Source of the DNA: Gammaproteobacteria bacterium
GTDB lineage: Bacteria > Pseudomonadota > Gammaproteobacteria > Thiohalomonadales > Thiohalomonadaceae
DNA length: 32,000 nucleotides
Assembly (NCBI GenBank): GCA_041685115.1
Contig: JAWLGK010000017.1
Coordinates: forward strand, 27,712 to 59,711
Direction of reading: 5' to 3'
Positions 1 to 7,699 of the stretch are shown here, piece by piece; positions within the stretch are counted from its first letter, which is position 1; each line of letters opens with the position of its first letter. The translations under genes were made by a program, and so were the position numbers. Below the pieces are notes generated by a model that was not told the DNA's origin, searched no databases, and worked only from the letters and a program-made list of their open reading frames with translations.

Positions 1-258
1 CAGCTGCACCGGGGTTTCCAGCGTCTCCACCTCTTCCACTTCGTCTTCGACGCGCGGAGTGGGTTCGAGCAGGATGTCGCGGGTCACCAGGCCCTGGGCC
101 ACTTCGCGCAGCGCCACCACGGTGGGCTTGTCGTTCTCCCAGGGGATTTGCGGCTCACGGCCGTTCTCGATCTGGCGTGCGCGCTTGGTGGCGACCAGCA
201 CCAGCTGGAAGCGGTTGTCGACGTTCTTCAGGCAGTCTTCGACGGTAACTCGTGCCAT
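1..258 (-). CDS. rpoZ: DNA-directed RNA polymerase subunit omega (3' end runs off the window)
   Basis: Own reverse-strand translation from ATG at 258: [66 protein letters not shown]... This matches the E. coli RpoZ pattern ([29 protein letters not shown]...). It is absent from the ORF track because no stop lies inside the window. It sits downstream of gmk, as in the conserved gmk-rpoZ operon. Confidence 0.95.
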   Translation of the reverse strand, partial: MARVTVEDCLKNVDNRFQLVLVATKRARQIENGREPQIPWENDKPTVVALREVAQGLVTRDILLEPTPRVEDEVEEVETLETPVQL

Positions 259-314
259 GGGTGGGTTCCGGATGCGTCTGGGTCAATGCGGAATTGTAAT
301 CCATCGGGCGCCGC

Positions 315-1010
<696 letters not shown>

Positions 1011-1029
1011 TCATTCTGTTTTTCGTCTG

Positions 1030-1048
1030 GGTACACGCTTGGGTACAC
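1030..1048. repeat. Left copy of 19-bp direct repeat GGTACACGCTTGGGTACAC (putative att core / island boundary)
   Basis: Identical 19/19 to 15046..15064, read directly from the sequence. The repeat is itself two GGTACAC half-sites. Confidence 0.8.
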
Positions 1049-1091
1049 ACAATCGGGCCTCTTGAGATAGCGATCCGCATTGTGCCAGCCG

Positions 1092-1352
1092 TCAGCCTCT
1101 GCGGTCACGCGGTGGCGTCCGCCGGCGGCTGCCCGTGGCGATGCCCTCGTCCTTCAGCACGGCCCGGTTAATCTCGAAGCCCTGCCTCACGATCTGCTGG
1201 CAACACGGGCAAATGGTCTTGCCCTTCGTCCGCTGCAACGCCTGGTACACGGCCGCATTGCCTACGCCAACAGCCTCGGCCGCCTGATAGGGCTTCATGT
1301 CCGGGTTGTTCTTGAGCAGCTCAAGCGCCTGCTGGGTCTTGCTCTTCGCCAT
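1092..1352 (-). CDS. small putative HTH DNA-binding regulator with C-terminal CPCC motif
   Basis: 86-aa ORF with a strong SD (AGGAGG 7 nt upstream of ATG 1352). The segment KPYQAAEAVGVGNAAVYQAL looks like a helix-turn-helix. It is divergent from the plus-strand operon across an operator-like inverted repeat. Confidence 0.6.
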   Translation of the reverse strand: MAKSKTQQALELLKNNPDMKPYQAAEAVGVGNAAVYQALQRTKGKTICPCCQQIVRQGFEINRAVLKDEGIATGSRRRTPPRDRRG

Positions 1353-1375
1353 TCGTGAGCCTCCTGAGGCCGCAG

Positions 1376-1425
1376 ATTCTACACTCTCACAGACCTATTG
1401 AACCATTCTCACAAATGTGTAGAAT
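1376..1425 (+). promoter_or_regulatory. Sigma-70-like promoter (-35 TTGAAC 1398..1403, -10 TAGAAT 1420..1425, 16-bp spacer) overlapped by inverted repeat ATTCTACAC (1376..1384) / GTGTAGAAT (1417..1425)
   Basis: Hexamers and the 9-bp inverted repeat were read directly. The right arm of the repeat covers the -10 element. The site lies between the divergent 86-aa HTH gene and the 1458.. operon. Confidence 0.5.
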
Positions 1426-1457
1426 CAAGTCACCCCAACCACGAAAAGGAGCCAGCC

Positions 1458-1700
1458 ATGGCCCAGAAAGCCAAACCCGAGGCGGTCACGATGGAAGGCG
1501 CGCGCCTCGCCTTCGAATGCCTGCTCGAACAAGAGCAAGACGTGTTCGCGCTCATCTCGGCGATCAGGGGCCTCGACCCTGGCACCGATTCCACGTTGAC
1601 CAGGCTGATTGACATGGCGTGGAACCGGCTTGGAGAGCATGGAAACCAGTACACCCTTGCCGACTATTTCGGCGTAGACGCAACCGGAGAACAGGCATGA
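1458..1700 (+). CDS. hypothetical protein (80 aa)
   Basis: ATG 1458 is preceded by AAAAGGAG. It lies downstream of the predicted promoter, so the track start at 1398 would be upstream of the transcription start. Its stop overlaps the next start (ATGA at 1697..1700). Confidence 0.6.
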   Translation: MAQKAKPEAVTMEGARLAFECLLEQEQDVFALISAIRGLDPGTDSTLTRLIDMAWNRLGEHGNQYTLADYFGVDATGEQA

Positions 1701-1984
1701 ACAAGAAGACACCCGCGCGCCCGTGCACTGTCGCTTTACCCTTCGCCCGTCTCACCCCCGACCACCCACACCACCTGTTTCAGGTCAATCCCGGCGTGGA
1801 CGCCAGCCAGGCGCTGGAGGAAGCGTCTTTGATGCTGTCCGCCGCCTACGACATGGCGGGGGAAATCGCCCAACTGGAGGACTTCAGCGATGCGGTTTGG
1901 GGCATGGTCACCCTGATCCGGATGGCAAAGGCCGTGGTCGATTCCGTCTCTGCCGGCGTCTGTCGGCCTCCCGAGGAGGCATGA
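1697..1984 (+). CDS. hypothetical protein (95 aa), possibly DUF3077-like
   Basis: Translationally coupled to the previous gene (ATGA). The motif HLFQVNPGVDASQALEEASLMLSAA recalls DUF3077 proteins of Pseudomonas islands. That assignment is from memory only. Confidence 0.55.
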   Translation: MNKKTPARPCTVALPFARLTPDHPHHLFQVNPGVDASQALEEASLMLSAAYDMAGEIAQLEDFSDAVWGMVTLIRMAKAVVDSVSAGVCRPPEEA

Positions 1985-1985
1985 C

Positions 1986-2201
1986 ATGGGCGCCCAGAAC
2001 GTCGTCAGGTTGGCCGAGCGAAGGATTCAGACCGATGCGCAATGGCTGCATGAGAGGCAGCGCGCCGATGCGTTCTTCATCCCCGCGTGCGCCCTGATAA
2101 TCGCTACCGTCAACCGCGATCCGGAAGCCGTCGAAGCGAACCTGCGCAAGCTGCGCGCCGTTGCGGAGCGGGAGTTCGGTATATCGGGAGGCCCTGCATG
2201 A
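1986..2201 (+). CDS. hypothetical protein (71 aa)
   Basis: ATG sits 1 nt after the previous stop. Its stop overlaps the next ATG (ATGA at 2198..2201), giving an operon-like tight packing. Confidence 0.5.
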   Translation: MGAQNVVRLAERRIQTDAQWLHERQRADAFFIPACALIIATVNRDPEAVEANLRKLRAVAEREFGISGGPA

Positions 2202-2320
2202 ACGCGCGCCCGACCACCCCCGCGCCTGTTCCGCCCCTGATGGCGCTCGACCCCTCGCCACGTCGTCACCTCGCGGCGTGGCCCTGTCCCGATGCGAGGA
2301 GGTGTCACCATGGAAGTTGA
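2198..2320 (+). CDS. possible very small Pro-rich ORF (40 aa)
   Basis: Supported only by the ATGA coupling to the upstream gene. It overlaps the next gene by 11 nt. Composition is unconvincing. Confidence 0.25.
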   Translation: MNARPTTPAPVPPLMALDPSPRRHLAAWPCPDARRCHHGS

Positions 2321-2657
2321 CGAAGACGCGGCCCTTGTCCGCGAAGCCGTGGCGCTCCTACGCTCCGGCCGGCTCTACGGCACGTCCGGCGCGGCGGCTC
2401 TGGCTGCGGTGCTGCTGCACGCCTACAACCCAGCGACATGGCGGTTTGATGTCACGGACTTGTGCGTCTTGGATTCGCGCCTGGAGCTGCTGGCGTGGGC
2501 GGTGCTGCGCTACCGCGTGGCCGGGCATGAGCCCCAGCGCGCCCTTGCCGGCGGGGATGCCGAGTTCCGCCCCATCGCGTGGAGCTACGGGGCGGGCGCC
2601 TGGTGCGCTCCGGAGCCGTTCTCGCCCCACGACAAGCCGCCCCGGTGGGAGGATTGA
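2310..2657 (+). CDS. hypothetical island protein (115 aa)
   Basis: ATG 2310 is preceded by GAGGAGG. The protein begins MEVDEDAALVREAVALLRSG... No motif was recognised with confidence. Confidence 0.6.
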   Translation: MEVDEDAALVREAVALLRSGRLYGTSGAAALAAVLLHAYNPATWRFDVTDLCVLDSRLELLAWAVLRYRVAGHEPQRALAGGDAEFRPIAWSYGAGAWCAPEPFSPHDKPPRWED

Positions 2658-2661
2658 GCCC

Positions 2662-2916
2662 GTGACCGTCGATATCTCCCTGCCGCCGCTTTTCATCGAC
2701 CTCGACCAAGTGGCGACCCTGACCACGCTCTCAGCCTCGACCATCCAAAACATGGTCGCTCGAAACGAGTTCCCGGCGCCGCGCGAGCTGTCCAGCCGCC
2801 GCGTTGCCTGGTTGTACCGCGAGGTGATGGAATGGGCGGAGAGTCGGCCGGTTTCGAGCATCCTGCCGCCGCCGAACACTGGGGCCAAGAAGCCGCGCGG
2901 CGTGCCCTCAGCCTGA
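2662..2916 (+). CDS. alpA: AlpA-family phage/island transcriptional regulator or excisionase (copy 1)
   Basis: GTG 2662 follows GGTGGGAGG. The segment LIDLDQVATLTTLSASTIQNMVARNEFPAPRELSSRRVAWLYREVMEWAESR fits the AlpA/MerR-like HTH pattern (FP.P..L..R...W...EV..W). Only the last 84 codons of track ORF 2161..2916 are used. Confidence 0.8.
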   Translation: MTVDISLPPLFIDLDQVATLTTLSASTIQNMVARNEFPAPRELSSRRVAWLYREVMEWAESRPVSSILPPPNTGAKKPRGVPSA

Positions 2917-2953
2917 CTGAGGGGATTCCCGCAGATCGACCGCCTCTGAGTCG

Positions 2954-2997
2954 GTTACTGGAGTAACTTTTCCAGTAACTTTCACAGTAACTTTCTC
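2954..2997. repeat. Iteron-like array: GTTACT-GG-AGTAAC palindrome followed by AGTAACTTT x3 at 12-bp spacing
   Basis: AGTAACTTT occurs at 2962, 2974 and 2986. An inverted GTTACT lies at 2954..2959. The patch is AT-rich and sits directly downstream of alpA copy 1. Confidence 0.75.
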
Positions 2998-3371
2998 GTC
3001 CGCCCTCTCCTTGCTCGGGCCGCCGGCGGTAAGGACGCCCTGTTTCAGGGCTCCGTTGCAGGGGTTTCCGTTCCGCATTTCAAACGCGAAAGTTCCAAGC
3101 TCGTGGGGCTGTGGTGAGTGGCTTCCGGTGAACGCAGGGAGATATACGACTCGCCTGCGCCTACGCACCCTTGGCCTACACGGGCACGGCCAGGGGTGGG
3201 AGCGGAAGCCTGAAAGGGTGCGTTGGAGAAAGAGGGCAGCGCTGGGTGGAAGTAGCGGAGCGATGGGCTCAGTCGATGCCACTGACCACGGCCTACCCGT
3301 CCTACCCCCATCCGAGCCGTCGGATGGGCAGCGCTGCGGGAGCAAGTATAGGGGTGCCACGACCGGAGCGG

Positions 3372-3713
3372 TCAATCTCCGGTGAGAGGGCGGGCCCGCG
3401 CCATGTGCGTGTATTCGCCCGTGACTTCGATCACCGCCCCGTCGCTCCGTACAAACACCTGGGCCGCGTCCCCGAAGTGACGCTTCAGATCGACGGCGAG
3501 AGCAAGCAGGTACGCCCCATAGGCCGCCCAATCTGGTTCGGGATCATGGCTGCCAGGGTTGTACGTCTCGAACCAGTCCGAGAGGTAATCGAGCCGCGCG
3601 ACCAGCTCCTCCGGTAAGCCGAAGGTGTGGTGGTCGCAACTGGCCCAGCCCTCACCACTGCCGGGCACCCACAGGGAAGAACTTTCGAAATCCTTATCGA
3701 CGAGCAGCTTCAT
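3372..3713 (-). CDS. hypothetical small acidic protein (113 aa)
   Basis: ATG-initiated ORF with acceptable codon usage and a weak SD. I counted 19 Asp/Glu against 8 Lys/Arg, plus 4 Trp. No family was recognised. Noncoding DNA lies on both sides. Confidence 0.55.
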   Translation of the reverse strand: MKLLVDKDFESSSLWVPGSGEGWASCDHHTFGLPEELVARLDYLSDWFETYNPGSHDPEPDWAAYGAYLLALAVDLKRHFGDAAQVFVRSDGAVIEVTGEYTHMARARPLTGD

Positions 3714-3998
3714 TGGGCTTCAAAGCTTCGAAAATGGGGAATTAAGGGGTGTGCCCTGCGCCTGGAGCGAACGTCCAGGATTGCTCTCCGCAGTGGCAGC
3801 ATCCAAGAGGATGCCGGGTGCGGGTCACGGCTTCGCGCACTAAGCCGGGCACGGAACAAGCCGCCCACGGCCCGTACAGTTCCCGAAGGAACCACGTTCC
3901 CCAACCCCCTTCCGGCTGGGTCGCAGGGCACCCGGCCATTGTAGCGGGCGCGGTCGGGCATGGCACCGGGGCATTCACCCAGCCCATCCCGCCGGGGC

Positions 3999-4027
3999 TT
4001 GCCGAACTGTATCCCATTTTCTACAAT
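3999..4027 (+). promoter_or_regulatory. Sigma-70-like promoter of the toxin-antitoxin operon (-35 TTGCCG, 17-bp spacer, -10 TACAAT)
   Basis: TTGCCG at 3999..4004 and TACAAT at 4022..4027. The -10 ends 7 nt before the higB-like ATG at 4035, so the transcript could be leaderless or short-leader. Confidence 0.55.
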
Positions 4028-4034
4028 CACACCC

Positions 4035-4325
4035 ATGAAGACCATCCTCACCACCGACCTGTTCAACGAGTGGTTCGCCGGGCTGCGCGATAAGCAGGGG
4101 GCTCGCCGGATTCAGGCCCGCATCGACCGGGCCGAGGATGGCAACTTCGGCGACTGCGAGCCGGTGGGCGAAGGCGTGTCGGAGATGCGGATTCACTGCG
4201 GGCCGGGCTACCGCGTGTACTTCACGCAGCGCGGCATGGAGATCGTGATCCTGCTGGCGGGCGGCGACAAGTCCACCCAGCCCAAGGACATCAAGACCGC
4301 GCTGGAGCTGGCGCGGCAATTGTAA
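4035..4325 (+). CDS. higB: type II toxin, RelE/ParE-superfamily 'addiction module killer' (HigB-like)
   Basis: Protein: MKTILTTDLFNEWFAGLRDKQGARRIQARIDRAEDGNFGDCEPVGEGVSEMRIHCGPGYRVYFTQRGMEIVILLAGGDKSTQPKDIKTA. This is the typical killer-protein pattern, with a toxin-first gene order and the cognate antidote 12 nt downstream. Confidence 0.85.
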   Translation: MKTILTTDLFNEWFAGLRDKQGARRIQARIDRAEDGNFGDCEPVGEGVSEMRIHCGPGYRVYFTQRGMEIVILLAGGDKSTQPKDIKTALELARQL

Positions 4326-4337
4326 CGAGAGGTCACC

Positions 4338-4637
4338 ATGGGAACCATCAAGCTGCACAAGTGGGATAGCGCCGAACACCTCAAGACCGAGGAAGACATG
4401 GCGCAGTACCTGGAAGCCTGCATGGAGGAAGCCGGCGACGACGCGGCCTTCATCGCCAAGGCGCTCGGGAACATCGCCCGCGCCAAGGGCATGAGCCAGC
4501 TCGCCAAGGACACGGGCCTGGGACGCGAAAGCCTCTACAAGGCGCTATCCGGAGAGAACAACCCGAGCTTCGCCACCATCCTGAAGGTCGTGCACGCGCT
4601 GGGGCTGAAACTCCACCCTGAAGTCGCCCATCGCTGA
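4338..4637 (+). CDS. higA: type II antitoxin, addiction module antidote protein (HigA-family HTH)
   Basis: Motifs seen: HKWDSAEHLKTEEDMAQYLEACMEE, IAKALGNIARAKGMSQLAKDTGLGRESLYKALSGENNPSFATILKVVHALGLKL. This is the characteristic antidote-family sequence. Confidence 0.85.
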   Translation: MGTIKLHKWDSAEHLKTEEDMAQYLEACMEEAGDDAAFIAKALGNIARAKGMSQLAKDTGLGRESLYKALSGENNPSFATILKVVHALGLKLHPEVAHR

Positions 4638-4687
4638 TCCGGGAGGGGACCGGGCGCGGACAGTACGCGGGCCTTCGGGCGTTTGAA

Positions 4688-4713
4688 GGGGATCGCGTTT
4701 TGCGACCCCCTTT
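4688..4713 (+). terminator. possible intrinsic terminator after higA
   Basis: GGGGATCGC-gtttt-GCGACCCCC forms a 9-bp stem with one mismatch, followed by only TTT. It lies between convergent genes. Confidence 0.4.
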
Positions 4714-4741
4714 GCAGTGGGCGCGGATGGCGCCTTGCGGC

Positions 4742-5290
4742 CTACTCGGCGCCCGGTGCGTCGATGCCCAGGCGCTCACGGCGGCCCACAAGGAAGGCGT
4801 CCCGCTTGGCGGCCTCAGCCAATACCCGGTTGTAGAGGTCATCCAGCACCTCCTTGGGCGGGAACACGTTCAGGCTGATTTCCTCTTTGACCTCCACCCT
4901 GTCCCGCCATAGGTGCGGCTGGCGGTTGCGCAGCCATAGGCTCTGCGCCTGCACGCTGGGCGGCACCTGGCGCCGGAGCGGCCGGACAACAGCCCCCGAC
5001 CCTTCTCCCTCGGCAACTGGCCGTTCCTCCGTGACGAAGTGCCCGCCCACGGCGCTCCTGTAGAGGCTGTCCGCCACGTCGGAATCCGCCGCCATCTTCC
5101 CCGCCGAGATGGACGCGCAAAAATCGGCGTGAGCGCGCTTCCAACGGTTGATGGTCGCCTCGTCCACCCCGAAGAAGTCAGCCAAGCCCGCATCCGTCAG
5201 CCCCAACAGGCAGAGCTTCCGGGCCTGTTCGGCGAACTCCTCACGGTACTTGGTCGGGCGGCCTCGCCTACCCCTGGTCGTCGTGCTCAT
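4742..5290 (-). CDS. terminase small subunit-like DNA-binding protein (paralogue 1)
   Basis: Good SD (AAGGGGG). The N-terminus GRPTKYREEFAEQARKLCLLGLTDAGLADFFGVDEATINRWKRAHADF and the C-terminal LWLRNRQPHLWRDRVEV match the pattern I associate with phage TerS proteins (GRP.KY...HTH...W...hpeF...NR.P..WRD). The assignment is from memory and was not searched. Confidence 0.6.
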   Translation of the reverse strand: MSTTTRGRRGRPTKYREEFAEQARKLCLLGLTDAGLADFFGVDEATINRWKRAHADFCASISAGKMAADSDVADSLYRSAVGGHFVTEERPVAEGEGSGAVVRPLRRQVPPSVQAQSLWLRNRQPHLWRDRVEVKEEISLNVFPPKEVLDDLYNRVLAEAAKRDAFLVGRRERLGIDAPGAE

Positions 5291-5858
5291 CGGTCAGCCC
5301 CCTTTCTCGCATCACGGCCTGCTGCCGCTCGCGCGCCTGCTGCATGCGATCCTCGAACAGGCGCAGCAGCGCTTCACCATCCGGGCCGCTCACGGTCACA
5401 TCGGCCTGGTGCTCAATCCGGTCGCGCCACTTCTCGGGCTGCCGGTTCTTCAACCAGATGAACGCCGCCCCGGTGTCCGGCGGGTAATGCTTGGTGAGCG
5501 GGGTCAGCGTTACCAAGCCCTGATAGTTGGAGACGTGGACATCCGGGTGGGAGTAGCCGATGGCGCGCTGGTAGAGGGCAGCGGCCACCTTTGCGTCGGC
5601 ATCCGACTTGCCCTCTTTTATGGACTGCAAAAATTCGGGATGCGCCCCTTTCCAGCCGTGAAAGGTGCGCTCGGACACGCCGAAGAAGGCCGCCATCTCG
5701 GCATCGGTTTGCCCCAGCAGCGCCAGCCGGCGGGCCTGTTCGGCATAGTCGGCGCGGTAGAGCGTCGGACGGCCGCGCGCCGGCTTCTCCTTCGCCTTGC
5801 TGGTGCTCTTGCGGGCCTGCTGCGGCTGGCGCTTGGGCTTACTGGATGGCGTGGTCAT
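5268..5858 (-). CDS. terminase small subunit-like DNA-binding protein (paralogue 2)
   Basis: GRPTLYRADYAEQARRLALLGQTDAEMAAFFGVSERTFHGWKGAHPEF ... IWLKNRQPEKWRDRIEH is clearly paralogous to 4742..5290. The ATG at 5858 (MTTPSSKPK...) is chosen because upstream codons overlap ORF 5839..6045. The start is uncertain. Confidence 0.6.
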   Translation of the reverse strand: MTTPSSKPKRQPQQARKSTSKAKEKPARGRPTLYRADYAEQARRLALLGQTDAEMAAFFGVSERTFHGWKGAHPEFLQSIKEGKSDADAKVAAALYQRAIGYSHPDVHVSNYQGLVTLTPLTKHYPPDTGAAFIWLKNRQPEKWRDRIEHQADVTVSGPDGEALLRLFEDRMQQARERQQAVMRERGLTDEHDDQG

Positions 5859-6045
5859 TTTCGGGGATGGGCCTCTGCTCGACGGGCAGGTGGTGAAAGG
5901 ACGCGGCCAGCTCACCCAGGACAATCTCAGCCGCCTTCCGAAGGTCTGGCGAGATGTGCGGGGCGATGATGATGCCGCCCTGCTCGTGCAGGCGGGCAAA
6001 GAGCATCAGCGCCCACAGGATGCGATCTTCTTTCGTTTCGGGCAT
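5839..6045 (-). CDS. hypothetical protein (68 aa)
   Basis: Strong SD (AAGGAGCGGAG) before ATG 6045. The ORF is tightly packed within the minus-strand operon. Confidence 0.5.
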   Translation of the reverse strand: MPETKEDRILWALMLFARLHEQGGIIIAPHISPDLRKAAEIVLGELAASFHHLPVEQRPIPENDHAIQ

Positions 6046-6065
6046 GTCTCCGCTCCTTTGCTCCG

Positions 6066-6353
6066 TTACCGCTCAATGGTCGTGGGCACGGTCTCGTGCT
6101 TCGAGCGCACGCACCCCGCGCCGCAGGATGTGGTGTATCTGCCCAGCGTCTCGCCTTGGCAGTTCGTGAAGTAGTGGTAGCGCCCGGCGTCTCTGAACCG
6201 GAACACCGTGCAGCCGGCGTGCGTGAATAGCGTCGCCACCTCGAACTCAGGATTTCCGGTTTCGGTCATCTGTTCTGGGTCCTTCGCGCAGCCGACCACC
6301 AAAAGGCTACAGGCGAAGGCCAAGAGCAATGCGATCTTGGTCGGCTTCGTCAT
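6066..6353 (-). CDS. small lipoprotein (95 aa)
   Basis: The N-terminus MTKPTKIALLLAFACSLLVVGC has a signal peptide with an LVVGC lipobox. SD is GAGGT. The mature part is Cys-rich. Confidence 0.7.
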   Translation of the reverse strand: MTKPTKIALLLAFACSLLVVGCAKDPEQMTETGNPEFEVATLFTHAGCTVFRFRDAGRYHYFTNCQGETLGRYTTSCGAGCVRSKHETVPTTIER

Positions 6354-6360
6354 GGTTACC

Positions 6361-6585
6361 TCAGGCCCTTGGCGTGCTGAGCGGCACCGTCAACCGCCGG
6401 CGGGCTTCCTTTGCCCGCTGTTCCCTTTCCGCACTGATTGCCCGCGCGATGCCAACCAAGCAACGATTCCCGGTCTCCTCGGCGATCTCACGGCAGAGAT
6501 TGAGCCGGTCGCCGTGCTGTTCGGCCAACACCTCGTCAGAGGTCAGCGGCGCCCGGATGCGATTCGGTAGCAGCATCGCCTTCAT
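6361..6585 (-). CDS. hypothetical protein (74 aa)
   Basis: ATGA start/stop overlap with the upstream gene at 6582..6585. Confidence 0.45.
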   Translation of the reverse strand: MKAMLLPNRIRAPLTSDEVLAEQHGDRLNLCREIAEETGNRCLVGIARAISAEREQRAKEARRRLTVPLSTPRA

Positions 6586-7370
6586 GCCCGGAATCCCGGA
6601 TAGCGCAAGCTGCGCTTGCTACCTGATCGCTCCCAGTCGTCGCGATCAATGGCCGTAAGTGAACACAGTGTCATCGGAATCAGTAGCTCGACGAAGTGGC
6701 CGTCCTTGTCCACAGGCGAACTCAACGGCATGCCGATGGACTCGATCACCAGCGGCGAGTAGGTGCGCCCTTTGTATTTCATGGCGAGCCTCGCCGGCGC
6801 GTTGGGCGGGAGCGCTGCATATGCCATCGCCTCGTCCAACGGCTTTCCTTGCGCGAACTGCTTGATGCCTTCGAGGACCGCCATGATCGGGCCATCGTCC
6901 GCCAGACGCTCCGGCAGCGTCCACTTGACGAGCTGTTCAACCGGAGCTTCAACCTCTTTCGCTGGATCGCGCCACGCCCGGAAGAGCGCCACCACCTGAA
7001 TCTTCAGCGGCGGCATACCAGCGAAGACTTGGGTGGAGTTCAGCTTCGTAACGCCAGTGCGCCCCTCGAACTTGCCCATGAATTTCGAGAGCGAGCCACC
7101 CGGATCGGTGAATGCCTGTATCGCACCACTCGATAACATGGCCCTCATGGTTGGTGCCATGTTGCCGCTGTCCTCGAAAGGCGAGGACCACCCTAACTGC
7201 ATGTCCAAACTGCACTCGGTTAACGCAGCCTGAACCGTGGGAATGGGCCGCTCCTGACTGTCCTTCTCGATGCGCTTCCAGTACCTGGACGACCCTACGC
7301 GCTCCACCGGCCAAAAAGTGGCGATCAGGTGTGGCGAGAGCCCGTCCCAAAGCGAGGTCAACTCAGCCAT
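6582..7370 (-). CDS. hypothetical protein (262 aa), function unknown
   Basis: Uninterrupted ORF in the operon that overlaps the upstream gene by 8 nt. No motif was recognised. Confidence 0.6.
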   Translation of the reverse strand: MAELTSLWDGLSPHLIATFWPVERVGSSRYWKRIEKDSQERPIPTVQAALTECSLDMQLGWSSPFEDSGNMAPTMRAMLSSGAIQAFTDPGGSLSKFMGKFEGRTGVTKLNSTQVFAGMPPLKIQVVALFRAWRDPAKEVEAPVEQLVKWTLPERLADDGPIMAVLEGIKQFAQGKPLDEAMAYAALPPNAPARLAMKYKGRTYSPLVIESIGMPLSSPVDKDGHFVELLIPMTLCSLTAIDRDDWERSGSKRSLRYPGFRA

Positions 7371-7572
7371 TGCCGCCGCCCGCCGTTCCGTGCGCGTGGG
7401 CCAACAGCAATTCCGCCGCCTTCACCCGATCAGCCGGCGGCGCCGTGCCGTCGTTCGCGACCGCAACCAGTGTTGCGATGGCGTCCTGCGCGTGACGGCC
7501 CGCGCGAGTTCTGATGCTCGCGGCTCCCAGGGGCCGCCCGCCAGGGCTGGGCTGCTGAACGTTGCTGGTCAT
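7363..7572 (-). CDS. hypothetical protein (69 aa) with a TerS-tail-like motif
   Basis: SD GGAGAA lies 5 nt upstream of the start. AQDAIATLVAVANDGTAPPADRVKAAELLLAH resembles a helix common in small-terminase-type proteins. This is a weak recollection. Confidence 0.5.
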   Translation of the reverse strand: MTSNVQQPSPGGRPLGAASIRTRAGRHAQDAIATLVAVANDGTAPPADRVKAAELLLAHAHGTAGGGNG

Positions 7573-7699
7573 GCTGGTTCTCCGAAGGCGGCCGGGTCGG
7601 CCTCATCCGAACTGGAATTCAGCGGTGGCTATTCCCGTGACGTGCGGTCTTTTATTCGCCACGCCCGCCCGGCCATTGAACGGTTTGTGCTGCTTGGCG

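Noticed and set aside
2161-2661. Upstream 167 codons of the 251-aa ORF 2161..2916
   Set aside because: They overlap three better-supported genes in other frames and are Arg/Pro/Ser/Trp-rich. AlpA homology begins only after GTG 2662, which has a good SD.
3011-3617. Plus-strand ORFs 3011..3385 and 3171..3617, and minus ORFs 2908..3531 and 3045..3311, in the noncoding region
   Set aside because: They overlap each other, are rich in AGG/AGA/CTA codons, have Gly/Arg/Pro-rich products, and lack SDs. The region is treated as noncoding or a possible RNA.
5148-5969. 273-aa plus-strand ORF
   Set aside because: It is antisense to the two TerS-like genes and has no start context.
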